A stretch of 62,000 nucleotides of DNA from assembly GCF_000737315.1 (NCBI RefSeq), contig NZ_JMCB01000004.1, positions 206,001 through 268,000 on the forward strand. Direction: 5' to 3'. Shown one piece after another: positions 21,635 through 40,600 of this stretch (position 1 is its first letter; every line of letters begins with the position of its first letter). The position numbers and the translations under genes were made by a program. The DNA comes from Hyalangium minutum (lineage in GTDB: Bacteria > Myxococcota > Myxococcia > Myxococcales > Myxococcaceae). The notes beneath the pieces are model-generated. The model was not told where the DNA came from. It saw only the letters and a program-made list of their open reading frames with translations, and searched no databases.

Positions 21635-21805
21635 CTACCAGCGGTCCGGGGGGTACGCGAAGGGCCTGCGAGAACTCCGCTGCCGGCATCGATAGCCCTC
21701 GCCGCAGACGTCAGGGTTCTCCGGATCGCAGGCAGGCAGACACCGCCAGTCAGCGCAGACCTTCTCCTCGGAGCTGGATGCCGTGAGTGGGCGTAGCGAT
21801 GGCAC
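21635..21805 (-). pseudogene. Remnant of a Cys-rich myxobacterial extracellular protein
   Basis: Own translation gives 56 aa ...EKVCADWRCLPACDPENPDVCGEGYRCRQRSSRRPF..., with an in-frame stop immediately upstream and no signal peptide. Confidence 0.4.
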
Positions 21806-21966
21806 CTAGAGGGTTGGCTCGCGCGAGGAGCGCGGCCGGTAAGCGACTGGAGGCATCGACCCAGCTCTTGCCCAGGCATCGGATGCGACACGAAACAAAC
21901 CCTACTCATTGAATCGGAATCTCAAGGGGTGAGAAATCCAGTCTGGGTTTTGCGGGATATCTCGTA

Positions 21967-28463
<6,497 letters not shown>

Positions 28464-28467
<4 letters not shown>

Positions 28468-31400
28468 GCAACCCCCGCGACAACATGAGCGGTCTCAGCC
28501 TCGAGGAGAAGCGCAAGCTCCTCGCGGAGCTCCTGGCGAAGTCGGGGAAGGGCGCTCCCCGCATCTTTCCACTCGCCTCGGGACAAAAGGCCCTATGGCT
28601 CCTGCAGCAGCAGGAGCCGGAGGGCGCTGCCTACAACACGCCCTTCGCGCTCCGCATTCGATCCCCGATCGAGGTGGGGGCCTTGAAGCGCGCCTTCGAG
28701 ATGGTGGCCGCGCGCCACCCGGGCCTGCGAACCACGGTCTCCTCGACCGCGGATGGGCAGCTCCTCCAGACGAGCCACCCCGTGCTCGAGCCGCACTTCG
28801 CTCACATCGATGCGACGAGTTGGAGCGCCGAGCAGCTCCAGGCCGCGGTCGTTCGCGCCTACCGCCAGCCGTTCTCCCTGGAGCGGGGTCCGCTCTTCCG
28901 GGGCGATCTGTTCAGCGCTCGGCCTGATGACCATGTGCTCCTGATCACGGTGCACCACATCGTCTACGACGGGTGGTCGGCGGGGATCGTCCAGCAAGAG
29001 CTCACGCAGATCTATCAGGCGCTCTCGCGGGGAGAGCAGCCGTCGCTGGCGCCCGTCACGGGCAGCTATGCCGACTTCGTCGCGCAGCAGGCGGAGATGC
29101 TCTCGGGGGCGGTGGGGCGCAAGCACTGGGAGTACTGGCAGAAGAAGCTCTCCGGCGAGCTGCCCGTCCTCGCGCTCCCCGCGGATCGAAGCCGATCGGC
29201 CCTCGCGGCGAACCGGAGCGGCGCGTGCTCACTCAGGCTCCAGCCCGAGCTGACGAACCGGATCAAAGAGCTCGCGCAGAGCGCAGAGGCCACCCCCTTC
29301 GTCGTGCTCTTGTCCGCCTACGCCGCCCTGCTCGGGCGCCTGTCCCGGCAGGAGGACATCCTGATCGGCTCCCCGACGGCCGGGCGCCCGGACGCTGCCT
29401 CTCATGGTGTGGTGGGCTACTTCGCCAACGCCGTGGCACTTCGAGCGGATCTCTCCGGCGCTCCCTCCTCCCGGAAGCTGATCGCGCGGCTGCGCGACGT
29501 GGTGCACGAGGCGCTGGAGAACCAGGACTTCCCGTTCGCGTCGCTGGTGGAGCGGTTGGGGATTGCGCGCAGCCCTGGCGTGTCGCCCATCTTCCAGGCG
29601 TCCATGACCTTCCACTCCTCTCGCGAGGGTGGAGGCGCTATGGCGCTCTGGGCCACGCCGGATGAGGAGGCCCGCGTCCGGTGGGGGCACCTGGATCTCG
29701 AGCCCTATCCGCTCAGCGAGCAGGAGACCCAGTTCGATCTCACCCTCGAGATGTGGGAGGCCCGCGGCGCGTTCTCCGGCGCGTTGCGCTTCAACCGTGC
29801 GCTCTTCAATGACAGCACGGTGGCCCTGTGGCGAGGCTACTTCGAGAAGCTCCTCGAGCAGATGGTGCGCGCTCCGGATGAGCCGATTGCCCGGCTGGCG
29901 CTGGCAGAGCCCGTCACGGCCGCGCAGGTCCAGGGTGGCACGCAGCCCGTGAGCCAGCCAGATCGCGCTGGCGGGAGCACCATCACCGGTTGGTTCGAGG
30001 CACAGGCCGCGCGAAGCCCAGACGCGGTCGCGCTCAGCTTCGGGGACGTGCACCTCGACTACGCCGAGCTCAACGCCCGCGCGAACGTCCTGGCCCATGA
30101 GCTTCGAAGCCGTGGCGTTGGCCCCGAGTCCCTGGTGGGCGTCTGTGTCGAGCGGAGTGCGGAGCTGGTCATCGCCATCCTGGGCGTGCTCAAGGCCGGC
30201 GGGGCCTATGTCCCGCTGGATCCGGCCAGCCCGCGTGAGCGGCTCGCGCTGATCCTCGAGGACGCGGAAGTCTCCGCGCTCGTCACCGAGACCCGGCGCA
30301 GCGGCGAGCTTCCCACGGAGAAGGTGTCCACGATCTTCGTGGACGCGCTCCAGTGGCAGGGTGGGCAGCGGGCGCCGAATCCGGAGCCTGGCGTCACGCC
30401 GGACAACGCCGCCTATGTCATCTACACCTCCGGATCCACCGGGCGCCCCAAGGGCGTGATCGTCACCCACTCCAACGCCACGCGCCTGTTCACCACGACG
30501 GAGGCGCTCTTTGGTTTCGGGCCGGAGGACGTCTGGACGCTGTTCCACTCCGCCGCTTTCGACTTCTCTGTCTGGGAACTCTGGGGACCGCTCTTCTATG
30601 GCGGCCGCCTGGTCGTCGTCCCTCACTGGATGACCCGCTCCCCCGAGGCCTTCGGCGAGCTCATTGCCCGTGAAGGGGTGACGGTCCTCAACCAGACGCC
30701 CTCCGCATTCCGAGCGCTCGTCCGGGCGCCCTCGATCGATGACGGGCAGGGCGGCCGAGGGCTCAAGTGGATCATCTTCGGCGGTGAAGCGCTCGACGCA
30801 GCGACCGTCCGTCCATGGTTCGAGCGGTATCCGGGCGCGGACACGCAGCTCATCAACATGTATGGCATCACCGAGACCACGGTGCATGTCACGTATCACC
30901 GGGTCACCGAGGCGGACCTCACGTCCGCGGCGAGCCCGATCGGCTGCCCCATCCCGGATCTCACGATCCGCCTGCTCGATGAGCACGGCCAGCCCGTTCC
31001 GGACGGCGTCCCGGGGGAGATGTATGTCGGTGGAGCGGGAGTCGCGAGGGGGTATCTCAAGCGGCCGGAGCTCACCGCCAAGCGCTTCATCGAGGACCCG
31101 GACTCCCCTGGAGCGCGCCTCTACCGCTCGGGCGACCTCGCCATCCGCCAACCGGATGGCACCTTCACGTACCTCGGCCGCATTGACGATCAGGTCAAGA
31201 TCCGCGGCTTCCGCATCGAGCTCGGCGAGATCCAGTCGGTGATCGCCCTCCATCCGGCCGTCGCCGAAGCCTACGTCACCACCTACGAGCGGAGCGCGGA
31301 CGACCGGCGGATCGCCGCCTACGTGGTGCCCAGGCAAGGCGCGGCGGAGATGCTCCTCTCCTCCAGCGCGGACGGGGGAATCGGTGACACCCACGTCGGT

Positions 31401-34400
31401 GAGTGGAAGGCGCTCTACGACGAGATCTACGCGCGCTCCGTGGGTGAGGCCCAGACGGATCCTGGCTTCAACATCGCAGGCTGGAACAGCAGCTACTCTG
31501 GCGCGCCGCTCAGCGCCGAGGCCATGAAGGAGTGGGTCAACCACACCGTTGCGCAGCTCCTCGAGCGGAAGCCGTCGCGGGTGCTCGAGATCGGATGCGG
31601 GACCGGCCTCCTGCTCACGCGGATCGCGCCCTCCACGACCGCGTACTGGGCGACGGACGTCTCGGGGGTCGTGGTCGACATGCTCCGAGGGGTGACGAAG
31701 AAGACCCCGGGCCTCGAGCATGCGCGGCTCTTCCACTGTGCCGCGGACCAGCTTCAGAGCATCGACTTCGGCAGCGAGCGCTTCGAGGCGGTGATCTTGA
31801 ACTCGGTGGTCCAGTACTTCCCGAGCGCGGAGTACCTCGCCCGGGCACTGGAGTCCGCCTCTGCGCGCGTGAGCACGGGAGGATTCATCTTCGTCGGGGA
31901 CGTGCGGAACCTCCGTCTGCTCGAGGCGTTCCATGCGTCGATCGTCCTGGCCCAGAGCTCGGGCACGCTCGAGCCCCACACGTTAAAGGGGCGCGTGGCG
32001 CGGCGGATGGCTGGAGAGGAAGAACTGGTCCTCGATCCGGGCTTCTTCTGGGCCTTGAAGCAGCGCATCCCTCGGCTGAGCCATGTCGAGATCCGCCCGA
32101 AGCGTGGTGATTGCCTGAATGAGCTCACCCGCTTCCGCTACGATGTGCTCCTCCACCTGGACACCGCACCGGCCCCCGCAGCCGACGTGGTCTGGGGCCC
32201 GGGCAACGTCAGCCTGCTGGAGCTGCGTGCGCGCCTCGGCCAGGCAGGCACCCGGCGCATCGGTCTGCGCGGCATCCGGAATGCCCGCGTCGAGGCGGCC
32301 CTCGAGGCCTTGGCGAGCCTGAGCGATCAGGCCCCAGCGAAGCCAGGCTCGTTCGAGAAGCTCCGCCGCCGCCTGTTGGATCGCGACGGCTCGGTCCCCG
32401 CCAGCGAGCCCGAGCCCGGGATCGATCCCATGGCCCTCGAGCAGCTTGCCAGGGAGACTTCGTGCACTGTCAGCCTGGACTGGTCTCGTGGCGGTGTGGA
32501 CGGCTCCTTCGACGCGGTCTTCACCGCAGCCGCAGACCTCTCCGGCAAGCCCATCGCGCTCTTCGGGGCAGCGCCCGAGGCAGTACCGGGTGCTCGCCAC
32601 GCCAATGATCCCCTCCGCGGGCGCCTGGAGCGCCGCCTGGAGAGCGACCTTCGGAAGAGGGCGCAGGAGCACCTGCCGGACTACATGGTGCCGGCGAGCA
32701 TCATGGTGATCGACGAGATCCCGCTGACCGGGAACGGCAAGGTGAACCGGCGCGCCCTGCCGGTCCCCGCGGCTCCGCAGGGCCTGGACACCGCGTACGT
32801 CGAGCCCAGGACCGGTGAAGAAGAGATCCTGGTGAGCATCTTCGCCGAGCTGCTCGGCGCGGAGCGGGTGGGCGTGCACGAGAGCTTCTTCGACCTGGGA
32901 GGCCACTCGCTCCTGGCCACGCAGGTGGTCTCGCGCGTCCGCGCCGTCTTCGGAGTCGATGTTCCGCTGCGCACGCTCTTTGACAGCCCGACCGTCGGGG
33001 GACTCGCGACGGCGGTGCAGCAGTTGCGCAAGCGCTCGGGCTCCGCGGCGCTCGACTTCACCTCGCCGATGGAGCGGCCGCCTCAGATCCCGCTCTCCTC
33101 CTCGCAGGAGCGGCTGTGGATCCTCGACCGCATCGTGGAGACGCGGGCGCCCATCTACGTCATCCCCCTGGTGCTTCGGCTCCGCGGTCCGCTCGACCAG
33201 GAGGCGCTCCGTCAGAGCCTTGACGGGATCATCCAGCGCCACGAGGTGCTGCGCACCCGCTTCGCCATGGTGGGCGGCCAGGCCGTTCAGGAGATCGCCG
33301 AGGAGCTGCACGCCGAGCTCCCGCCGGCCGAGGAGCTCGGCTACCACCCGGGGGCCACCGAGGCGGAGATCTCGAGGCTCATTCAAGATGAGGTGGGGCT
33401 CGAGGTCTCCCGCCCGTTCGATCTCGAGCGCGGCCCGCTGATCCGGATGCGCCTCTTCCGCATCGCGGAGGGCGACCACGTGCTCGTCCTCACGATGCAC
33501 CACATCGTCTCCGACGGCTGGTCCGTGGGGATCCTCGCGCGTGAGCTCTCGGCGGGCTACAACGCGCGCCGCTCGCAGCGCGAGCTGGTGTTGCCAGCGC
33601 TCCCGGTTCAGTACGCGGACTTCGCCCTCTGGCAGCGGCAGCTCCTGAAGGACGGCGCGCTCGCCGAGTCCATCGAGGCCCACAAGCAGCGGATCGCCGG
33701 GGCGCCCACGTCCCTCAACCTCCCCGCGGATCGGCCTCGGCCGGAGACCCCCTCGTACCGGGGCGGCGTGGTCCGCTTCATGGTGGATCGTGGCCTCTCG
33801 ACACGCCTCAAGGAGATGAGTCGCCGCGAGGGTTCCACGCTGTACATGACCTTGCTGACCGCCTTCGCGGCCTACCTCTCGCGCCTGAGCGGCCAGAAGG
33901 ATCTGATCATCGGCTCGCCCGTGGCGAACCGGAACCGCGCCGCGACGGAGCCGCTGATCGGCTTCTTCGTCAACACGCTCGCGCTCAGGATGGACCTGTC
34001 GGGAGACCCGACCTTCCTGGAGCTGCTGGCGCGCGTCCGGCGCACGGCGCTCGACGCGTATGCGGACCAGGATGTGCCCTTCGAGAAGTTGGTGGAGGTC
34101 GCCGCGCCTGAGCGGAGCCTCAGCCGCCAGCCCCTGGTCCAGGTGATGTTCGCGCTCCAGAACGCGCCGTTCTCGCCTCCTGCGCTCGATGGCCTCCACG
34201 TGGAGCCCCTGGAACTGGACAGCATCACCGCCAAGTTCGATCTGACGCTGTCCATGCAGGAGTCCGCGGACGGCTTGACGGGCCTCCTCGAGTACAGCGC
34301 GGAGCTGTTCGACCGGGAGCGCATCGAGCGGATGGCCGAGCACCTCGTGGTGTTCCTGCGTGCGGCGGTCGAGCAGCCGCAGCGGCATGTGCACGCGTTC

Positions 34401-37400
34401 GACCTCCTCGGTGCGCGTGAGGCCGGACTGCTGGCGGAGTGGGCCGAGGGCCCTGACGCCCCGCCCGCCCCCGGCTCGGTGGTGGAGCTGTTCCAGGCCC
34501 AGGCCCGGAGCACTCCGGACGCGATTGCGCTCGAGCAAGGGGACGTCAGCCTCAGCTACGCGGAGCTCGATCAGCGCTCCACACGCCTGGCGAGGCACCT
34601 CGTCTCGCTGGGCCTGGGGCCGGAGAAGCGGGCCGCGCTCTGCCTGCCGAAAAGCATCGAGTTCATCGTCTCCGTGCTGGGCGTGTGGAAGGCCGGTGGG
34701 GCGTATGTCCCGCTCGATCCGGAGTACCCCGAGGCGCGCCTCAGCCACATGCTGGAGGACTCGGGCGCGGAGCTCCTGCTCACGGTGCGCGCGTTGGGCG
34801 AGCGGCCGGGCTTCCGAGGGAAGACGCTCTGGATGGACGAGGCGCTGCCCGACCTTGCGGAGCCGTCCACCCTGGCGCCCCCGAGCGGCGGCTCGATGGC
34901 CTACATCATCTATACCTCGGGCTCGACGGGGAAGCCGAAGGGCGTGGTGCTGGAGCACCGAGGGGTCTCGAACATCGCCGTCGCCTCACGGGAGCTGCTC
35001 TCGCTCACCCCGGACAGCAGGGTCCTCCAGGCGGCCTCCACGTCCTTCGATGTCTCGGTCTGGGACTTCGTGATGGCGTTCGCGAGCGGTGCCCGGCTGG
35101 TGCTGCCCGTCGACGAGACTTCGAAGGCCGGCGAGGGCCAGGCGGCGCTGCTGCGGGAGAAGCGCATCACCCACGTGTGCCTGACGGCGTCGGCGATCGC
35201 AGCGCTGCCCGAGGGCCCGTATCCCGACCTTCGCGTGCTCACCACCGCCGGAGAGGCCTGCCCCGCCGAGCTGGTGAAGAAGTGGGCCACGGAGTCCCGG
35301 CGCTTCATCAATGCCTACGGCCCGACGGAGACGACCATCATCGCGACCCTTACGGGCCTCCGGAAGGGCGATACGGGCGCTCCGCCCATCGGCCGTCCTC
35401 TGCCGGGACTGGTGGCACGGATCCTCGACGCCCATCAGCACCAGGTGCCCATCGGGGTCCCCGGCGAGCTGTACGTGGGGGGGCTCGCCGTTGCACGCGG
35501 GTATCACAGGCTCGAGGAGCTCACCCGTGAGCGCTTCGTCCGGGATCCGTTCTCGAGCAGCCCCGACGCCCGGCTCTATCGCACGGGCGATCTCGCGCGC
35601 TGGAGGAACGACGGCAACATCGACTTCCTCGGCCGCCTCGACCACCAGGTGAAGCTCCGGGGCTTCCGGATCGAGCTGGGTGAGGTGGAAGCGGTCATCG
35701 ACAGCCATCCGGGAGTCCAGCGTTCGCTCGTCATCGTCTACAAAGGTCAGCTCGCCGCCTACGTCGCGAACCGCGGCGGAGCTCCTCTCACGGTCCATGC
35801 TCTCCGTGAGCACGCGAAGAGCCAGCTGCCCAGCTACATGGTGCCTGCGCACTTCATCCTCCTCGATGCGTTCCCCCTGACGCCGAGTGGGAAGATTGAT
35901 CGCAAGAAGCTGTCGGATCCCGTGGAGGCCCAGGAGCCCGTCGTCTTCGCCGCACCCCAGTCTCGCGAGGAGCAGATCCTCGCGGAGATCTGGGCCACGG
36001 TGCTGAAGAAGAAGTCGGTCGGAGCCCACGACAACTTCTTCGCGCTCGGAGGGGACTCGATCCTGGGCCTGCAGATCATCTCTCGCGCCACCCAGCAGGG
36101 GCTGCGCCTGAGGCCGCGTCAACTCTTCGAGCATCAGACGATCGCGGAGCTGGCCCGAGTGGCTTCCAGCGCCCGGGTGCTCCACGCCGAGCAAGGCAAG
36201 GTGGCGGGGAGCGCGCCGCTCACGCCCATCCAGCGCTGGTTCTTCGAGCAGGAGCGCGTCGAGCCGCAGCACTTCAACATGGCGGTGTTGGTCGACATCG
36301 ATCCAGGCATCGATCTCGCCGTGCTCCGCCGCGCGCTCGACGCGGTGGAGCTCCACCATGACGCGCTCCGGCTCCGCTTCCGCCGGGACGGCACGGCCTG
36401 GAGCCAGTACCACGCGGAAGGCGAGGCCCTGGGCATCCCCCTGGAGGAGCTGGACGTCGCTGGGAGCGACGCCGTGGAGGGAGCGCTCGCCAGGGTCCAT
36501 GGATCCCTTGATCTCGAGCGTGGCCCGCTCATGCGCGCCGCGCTCCTGCGCCTGGGTCCCGGCTCCGCGCGGCTCGCCCTGGTGGCCCACCACCTGGTGG
36601 TGGACGCCGTCTCGTGGGGCTTCATCCTCGAGGATCTGCTGACCGTGTACACCCAGCTCTCGAGCGGTCAGGCGATCGGGCTCCAGCCGAAGACCACGTC
36701 CTTCCAGCACTGGGCGAAGCGCCTCGAGGCCTACGCCGAGTCGCCGAACGCCCGGTCCGAGTTCGATGCGTGGCTCGCCGCCTCCCAACGTGACGCCGCG
36801 CATGAGTTCCCGCTGAACGATCCCACCGCCTCGGACACGGTCGCCGAGGCCTCCCGGCTCGTGTCCCGGCTCGAGGTGGACGAGACGCTGCTGCTGATGA
36901 ACGAGGTGCCCAAAGCCTACGATGTCCAGGTCAACGAGGCGCTGATCGCCGCGCTGGCCCGGACGCTCTCGGTCTGGACCGGCCACAGCACCGTCCGGAT
37001 GGATCTGGAAGGCTACGGGCGAGAGTTCCTGTTCGAGGACGTCGATGTGAGCCGCACGGTGGGGTGGTTCACCGCGCTCTTCCCGCTGCGCCTGCACGTC
37101 GGCGCCAAGGAGAACATGCGAGAGGCGCTCGCCCGCGCGAAGGATGCCCTCCGCCGCATCCCTCGAGGCGGGGCCGGCTATGGAGTCCTCCGCTACCTGT
37201 CCACGGACCCGTCGATCCGCTCGAGGCTCGAGGCCGTCGGGCATGCCGGGATCGTCTTCAATTACCTCGGGCAGATGGGCACCATCCCGGCGCACGGCGT
37301 GCTCCGCGGCGCCGCCAAGGAAGGCCTGGGCCCTCTCCACTCCCCGGGCGCCGCCAGGCCCCACCGCATCGAGCTCAACGCCGTCGTCGAGGCGGGGCAA

Positions 37401-37613
37401 GTCCTGCGTCTCGACTGGACCTTCGGCTCCAAGGTCCTCCGCAAGGAGACCCTCGAGAGCCTGAACCAGGCGTTCATCTCCAACATCCGCGAGCTGATCC
37501 GTGACCGCGCGCAGCCGGCCGCCACGGTCCGTGTGGCCGCGGACTTCCCCGCCGCGCGCCTGAGTGCCAAGGACCTGAAGAACGTCCTCAAGCAGACGAA
37601 GAAGCCGCGATGA
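28464..37613 (+). CDS. mchB: Two-module NRPS, C-A(Thr)-NMT-PCP-C-A(Ala-like)-PCP-E, MchB-like
   Basis: A1 code DFWNIGMVHK (Thr); MT VLEIGCGTG and VILNSVVQYFP inserted in A1; A2 code DVWCTAAIIK; PCPs GGHS and GGDS; E domain HHLVVD and RTVGWF. ATGA overlap with mchA. Confidence 0.92.
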
Positions 37614-37647
37614 ATCCCGTGAAAGGTGAGGCAGTGAGGACCGTGTC

Positions 37648-40600
37648 ATGACCGAGGCCGAGTTGATCGAGGACATCTACGAGCTCGCGCCCATGCAACA
37701 CGGGTTGCTCTTCCACTCGCTGCTGGAGCCCAGCGCGGGCATGTACGTGGAGCAGTTGAGCTGCGAGCTGCGGGGCAGGCTGTCGCTCGATCAATGGAAG
37801 GCGGCCTGGCAGCACGTCCTCGCGCGGCACGCCATCCTGCGCTCCTCCTTCCTCTGGGAAGGGCTCGAGAAGCCCGTCCAGGTCGTGGCGAAGGAGGCAG
37901 AGCTCCCATGGCATCTCGAGGATCTGCGAGGCGCCACCCGGGAGGAGCAGGAGCGCCGCATCGAGAGCTTCCTGAACGAGGATCGTCTCCGGGGATTCGA
38001 GCTGGCCTCCCCGCCGCTGCTCCGGTGCGCGCTGCTCCGGCTGGGCGAGGAGCACTACCGCTTCGTGTGGACCTACCACCACCTCTTGCTGGACGGGTGG
38101 TGCTTCGCGATCGTCCTCCGCGAGGTGTTGGAGTCCTTCGCGGGGGGACTCGAGTCCCTGCCGCCACCGGCGCGCCCCTACCGCGACTACATCACCTGGC
38201 TCCAGGAGCAGGATCCCACCCGCGCTGAGAGCTTCTGGCGCGAGCTCCTGCGTGGCTTCGAGCAGCCCACGCCGCTGCCCTTCATGGAGCGCCGGCAGGC
38301 CAGCAAGTCCGCCCACGGTGCGCAGCCCGAGGTCGTCAAGCACCTGCCGCGGGAGCTCACGGCTCGCCTGGCCACGTTCGCCAAGGAGCATCGGCTGACG
38401 CTCAACACGCTCGTCCAGGGCGCCTGGGGGCTCCTCCTGGGGCGGACGACGGGCACGGACGACGTCATCTTCGGTGTCACCGTCTCCGGCCGCCCCTCGG
38501 AGCTGGCCGGCTCCGAGTCCATCGTCGGGCTCTTCATCAACACCGTGCCGCTGCGGGCGCGGCTGGATGGCTCCGCGACGATCCCCGCGTTCCTGTCGGC
38601 CCTGCAGGCCCAGCAGAGCTCCTTCGAGCCCCATGTCTACGTCTCGCTCGCGGACATCCAGCTCTGGTCGGATGCACCGCATGATCGCCCGCTCTTCGAG
38701 AGCCTCCTCGTCTTCGAGAACTATCCGATCGATCGGTCGACGCTCCTCGAGCGCAGCGGTCTCGAGATCAGCTCCATCCACGCGCAGGAGCGCATCAACT
38801 ACCCTCTGGCAGTGGTCGCCATCCCCGGCGAGTCTCTCGAGCTGCGGGTGATGTACCAGGAGGACACGTTCTCGCGGGCGGCGGCCGAGCGGCTCGCACG
38901 CCTGCTCGAGACGGCGCTCGGGGCGCTCCTCACCGCGAAGACGGTCGGCGAGATCGACTTCCTGGACGAGCCGGCCCGGCGGGTGCTCGCGGAGTGGGGG
39001 CAGAACCCCCGCGTGTTCGACCATCGCGCGCCGGTGCACGAGCTCGTTGCGCTCGTGGCCCGCAGCACCCCTGGTGCGCTGGCCGTGGTGGGCGCGGACG
39101 GACAGAAGCTCACCTACCTCGAGCTCAACGAGCGCGCAGAGCGTGTCGCGCGGCGCCTCCGCCTGCTCGGCGCAGGGAGAGAGCGCATCGTCGGGGTGTG
39201 CATTGGCAGTTCCGTGGAGCGGGTGGTGGGCCTGCTGGGCGTGCTCAAGGCGGGGGCGGCCTACATGCCGCTCGATCCCAACTATCCGAGCGAGCGGCTC
39301 GCCTACCTCGTGGGCGACGCGTCCCCCACGGCGATCCTCAACGCGGGAGCGGATCCCGTCCCGGACACTCGCATCCCCCGGCTTGACGTCGCGCGAGTCT
39401 CCCTCGAGGCGGCGGCGTCCGATGCGCCCGCTCGGGACGCGTCCCACCTGGAGGATCTCGCCTACGTCATCTACACCTCCGGCTCGACTGGAGCGCCCAA
39501 GGGCGTCCTCGCCTCGCACCAGAACCTGCTCAATCTGGTCTCATGGCACACGGAGGCGTTCGGGCTCACGGCGAAGGACCGGACGACGCATCTTGCCAGC
39601 ATCGCTTTTGACGCCGCAGTCTGGGAGATCTGGCCGACGCTCGCGGCAGGCGCCACGCTTCACCTCGTCCCGCCGGAGCTGCCCGCTGCCCCTGACGAGC
39701 TCTCGCGCTGGCTGGTGGAGCGTCAGATCACGATCAGCTTCCTTCCGACGGCGGTCGCCGAGGCCGCGCTCGCGCTGCCATGGCCGGCGGATTGCTCGCT
39801 CCGCTTCATGTTGACCGGCGGCGACCGGCTCCACCTCGTGCCCCCGCCGGGTCTTCCGTTCCGGCTCGTCAACAACTACGGACCGACGGAGACGACCGTC
39901 GTCGCGACCTCCGGCATCGTCGAAGCGGAGAGCCGGAACGGCCTGCCCTCCATCGGCCGGCCGATCGCGAACGCCCGCATCTACATCCTCGACCGCATGA
40001 GGCGGCCCGTCCTCCCCGGCGTCATCGGCGAGCTGTACATCGGCGGCGCGGGTGTCACTCGAGGCTACCTGAACCGGCCCGAGCTGAGCGCCTCCCGGTT
40101 CTTCCCTGATCCCTTCTCGGACGCACCCGCGGCGCGCATGTACGCGAGCGGAGATCTCGCGCAGTTCCGCGCGGATGGGACCCTCGCGTTCCACGGCCGT
40201 GTGGACCGTCAGGTCCAGGTGCGAGGTGTCCGCGTGGAGCCCGGGGAGATCGAGGCCGTCCTGGCCGAGTACCCGGGCGTCAGCGCTGCCGCCGTGGTGG
40301 GGGTGGATTCACAGGGCAATGGCGACATCCGGCTGGTCGGCTTCGCGGCCTGTGCCAGTCAGAACCCGCCCGGCGCTGATGCCCTCGCGAGCTACCTGGG
40401 GGAGAAGCTGCCTGAGGTGATGGTCCCCAGACAGATCATCATCCTCAGTGAGCTCCCGCTCACGCCGAACGGCAAGGTCGACTCCGCTGCGCTCGAGGCG
40501 CGCGCACGAGAGGAGCAGGTCCACACAGAGCACATTGCCCCCAGGACTCCCCACGAGGAGATCCTCGCCGGGATCTGGAGCGCGGTGCTGGGCCAGGATC

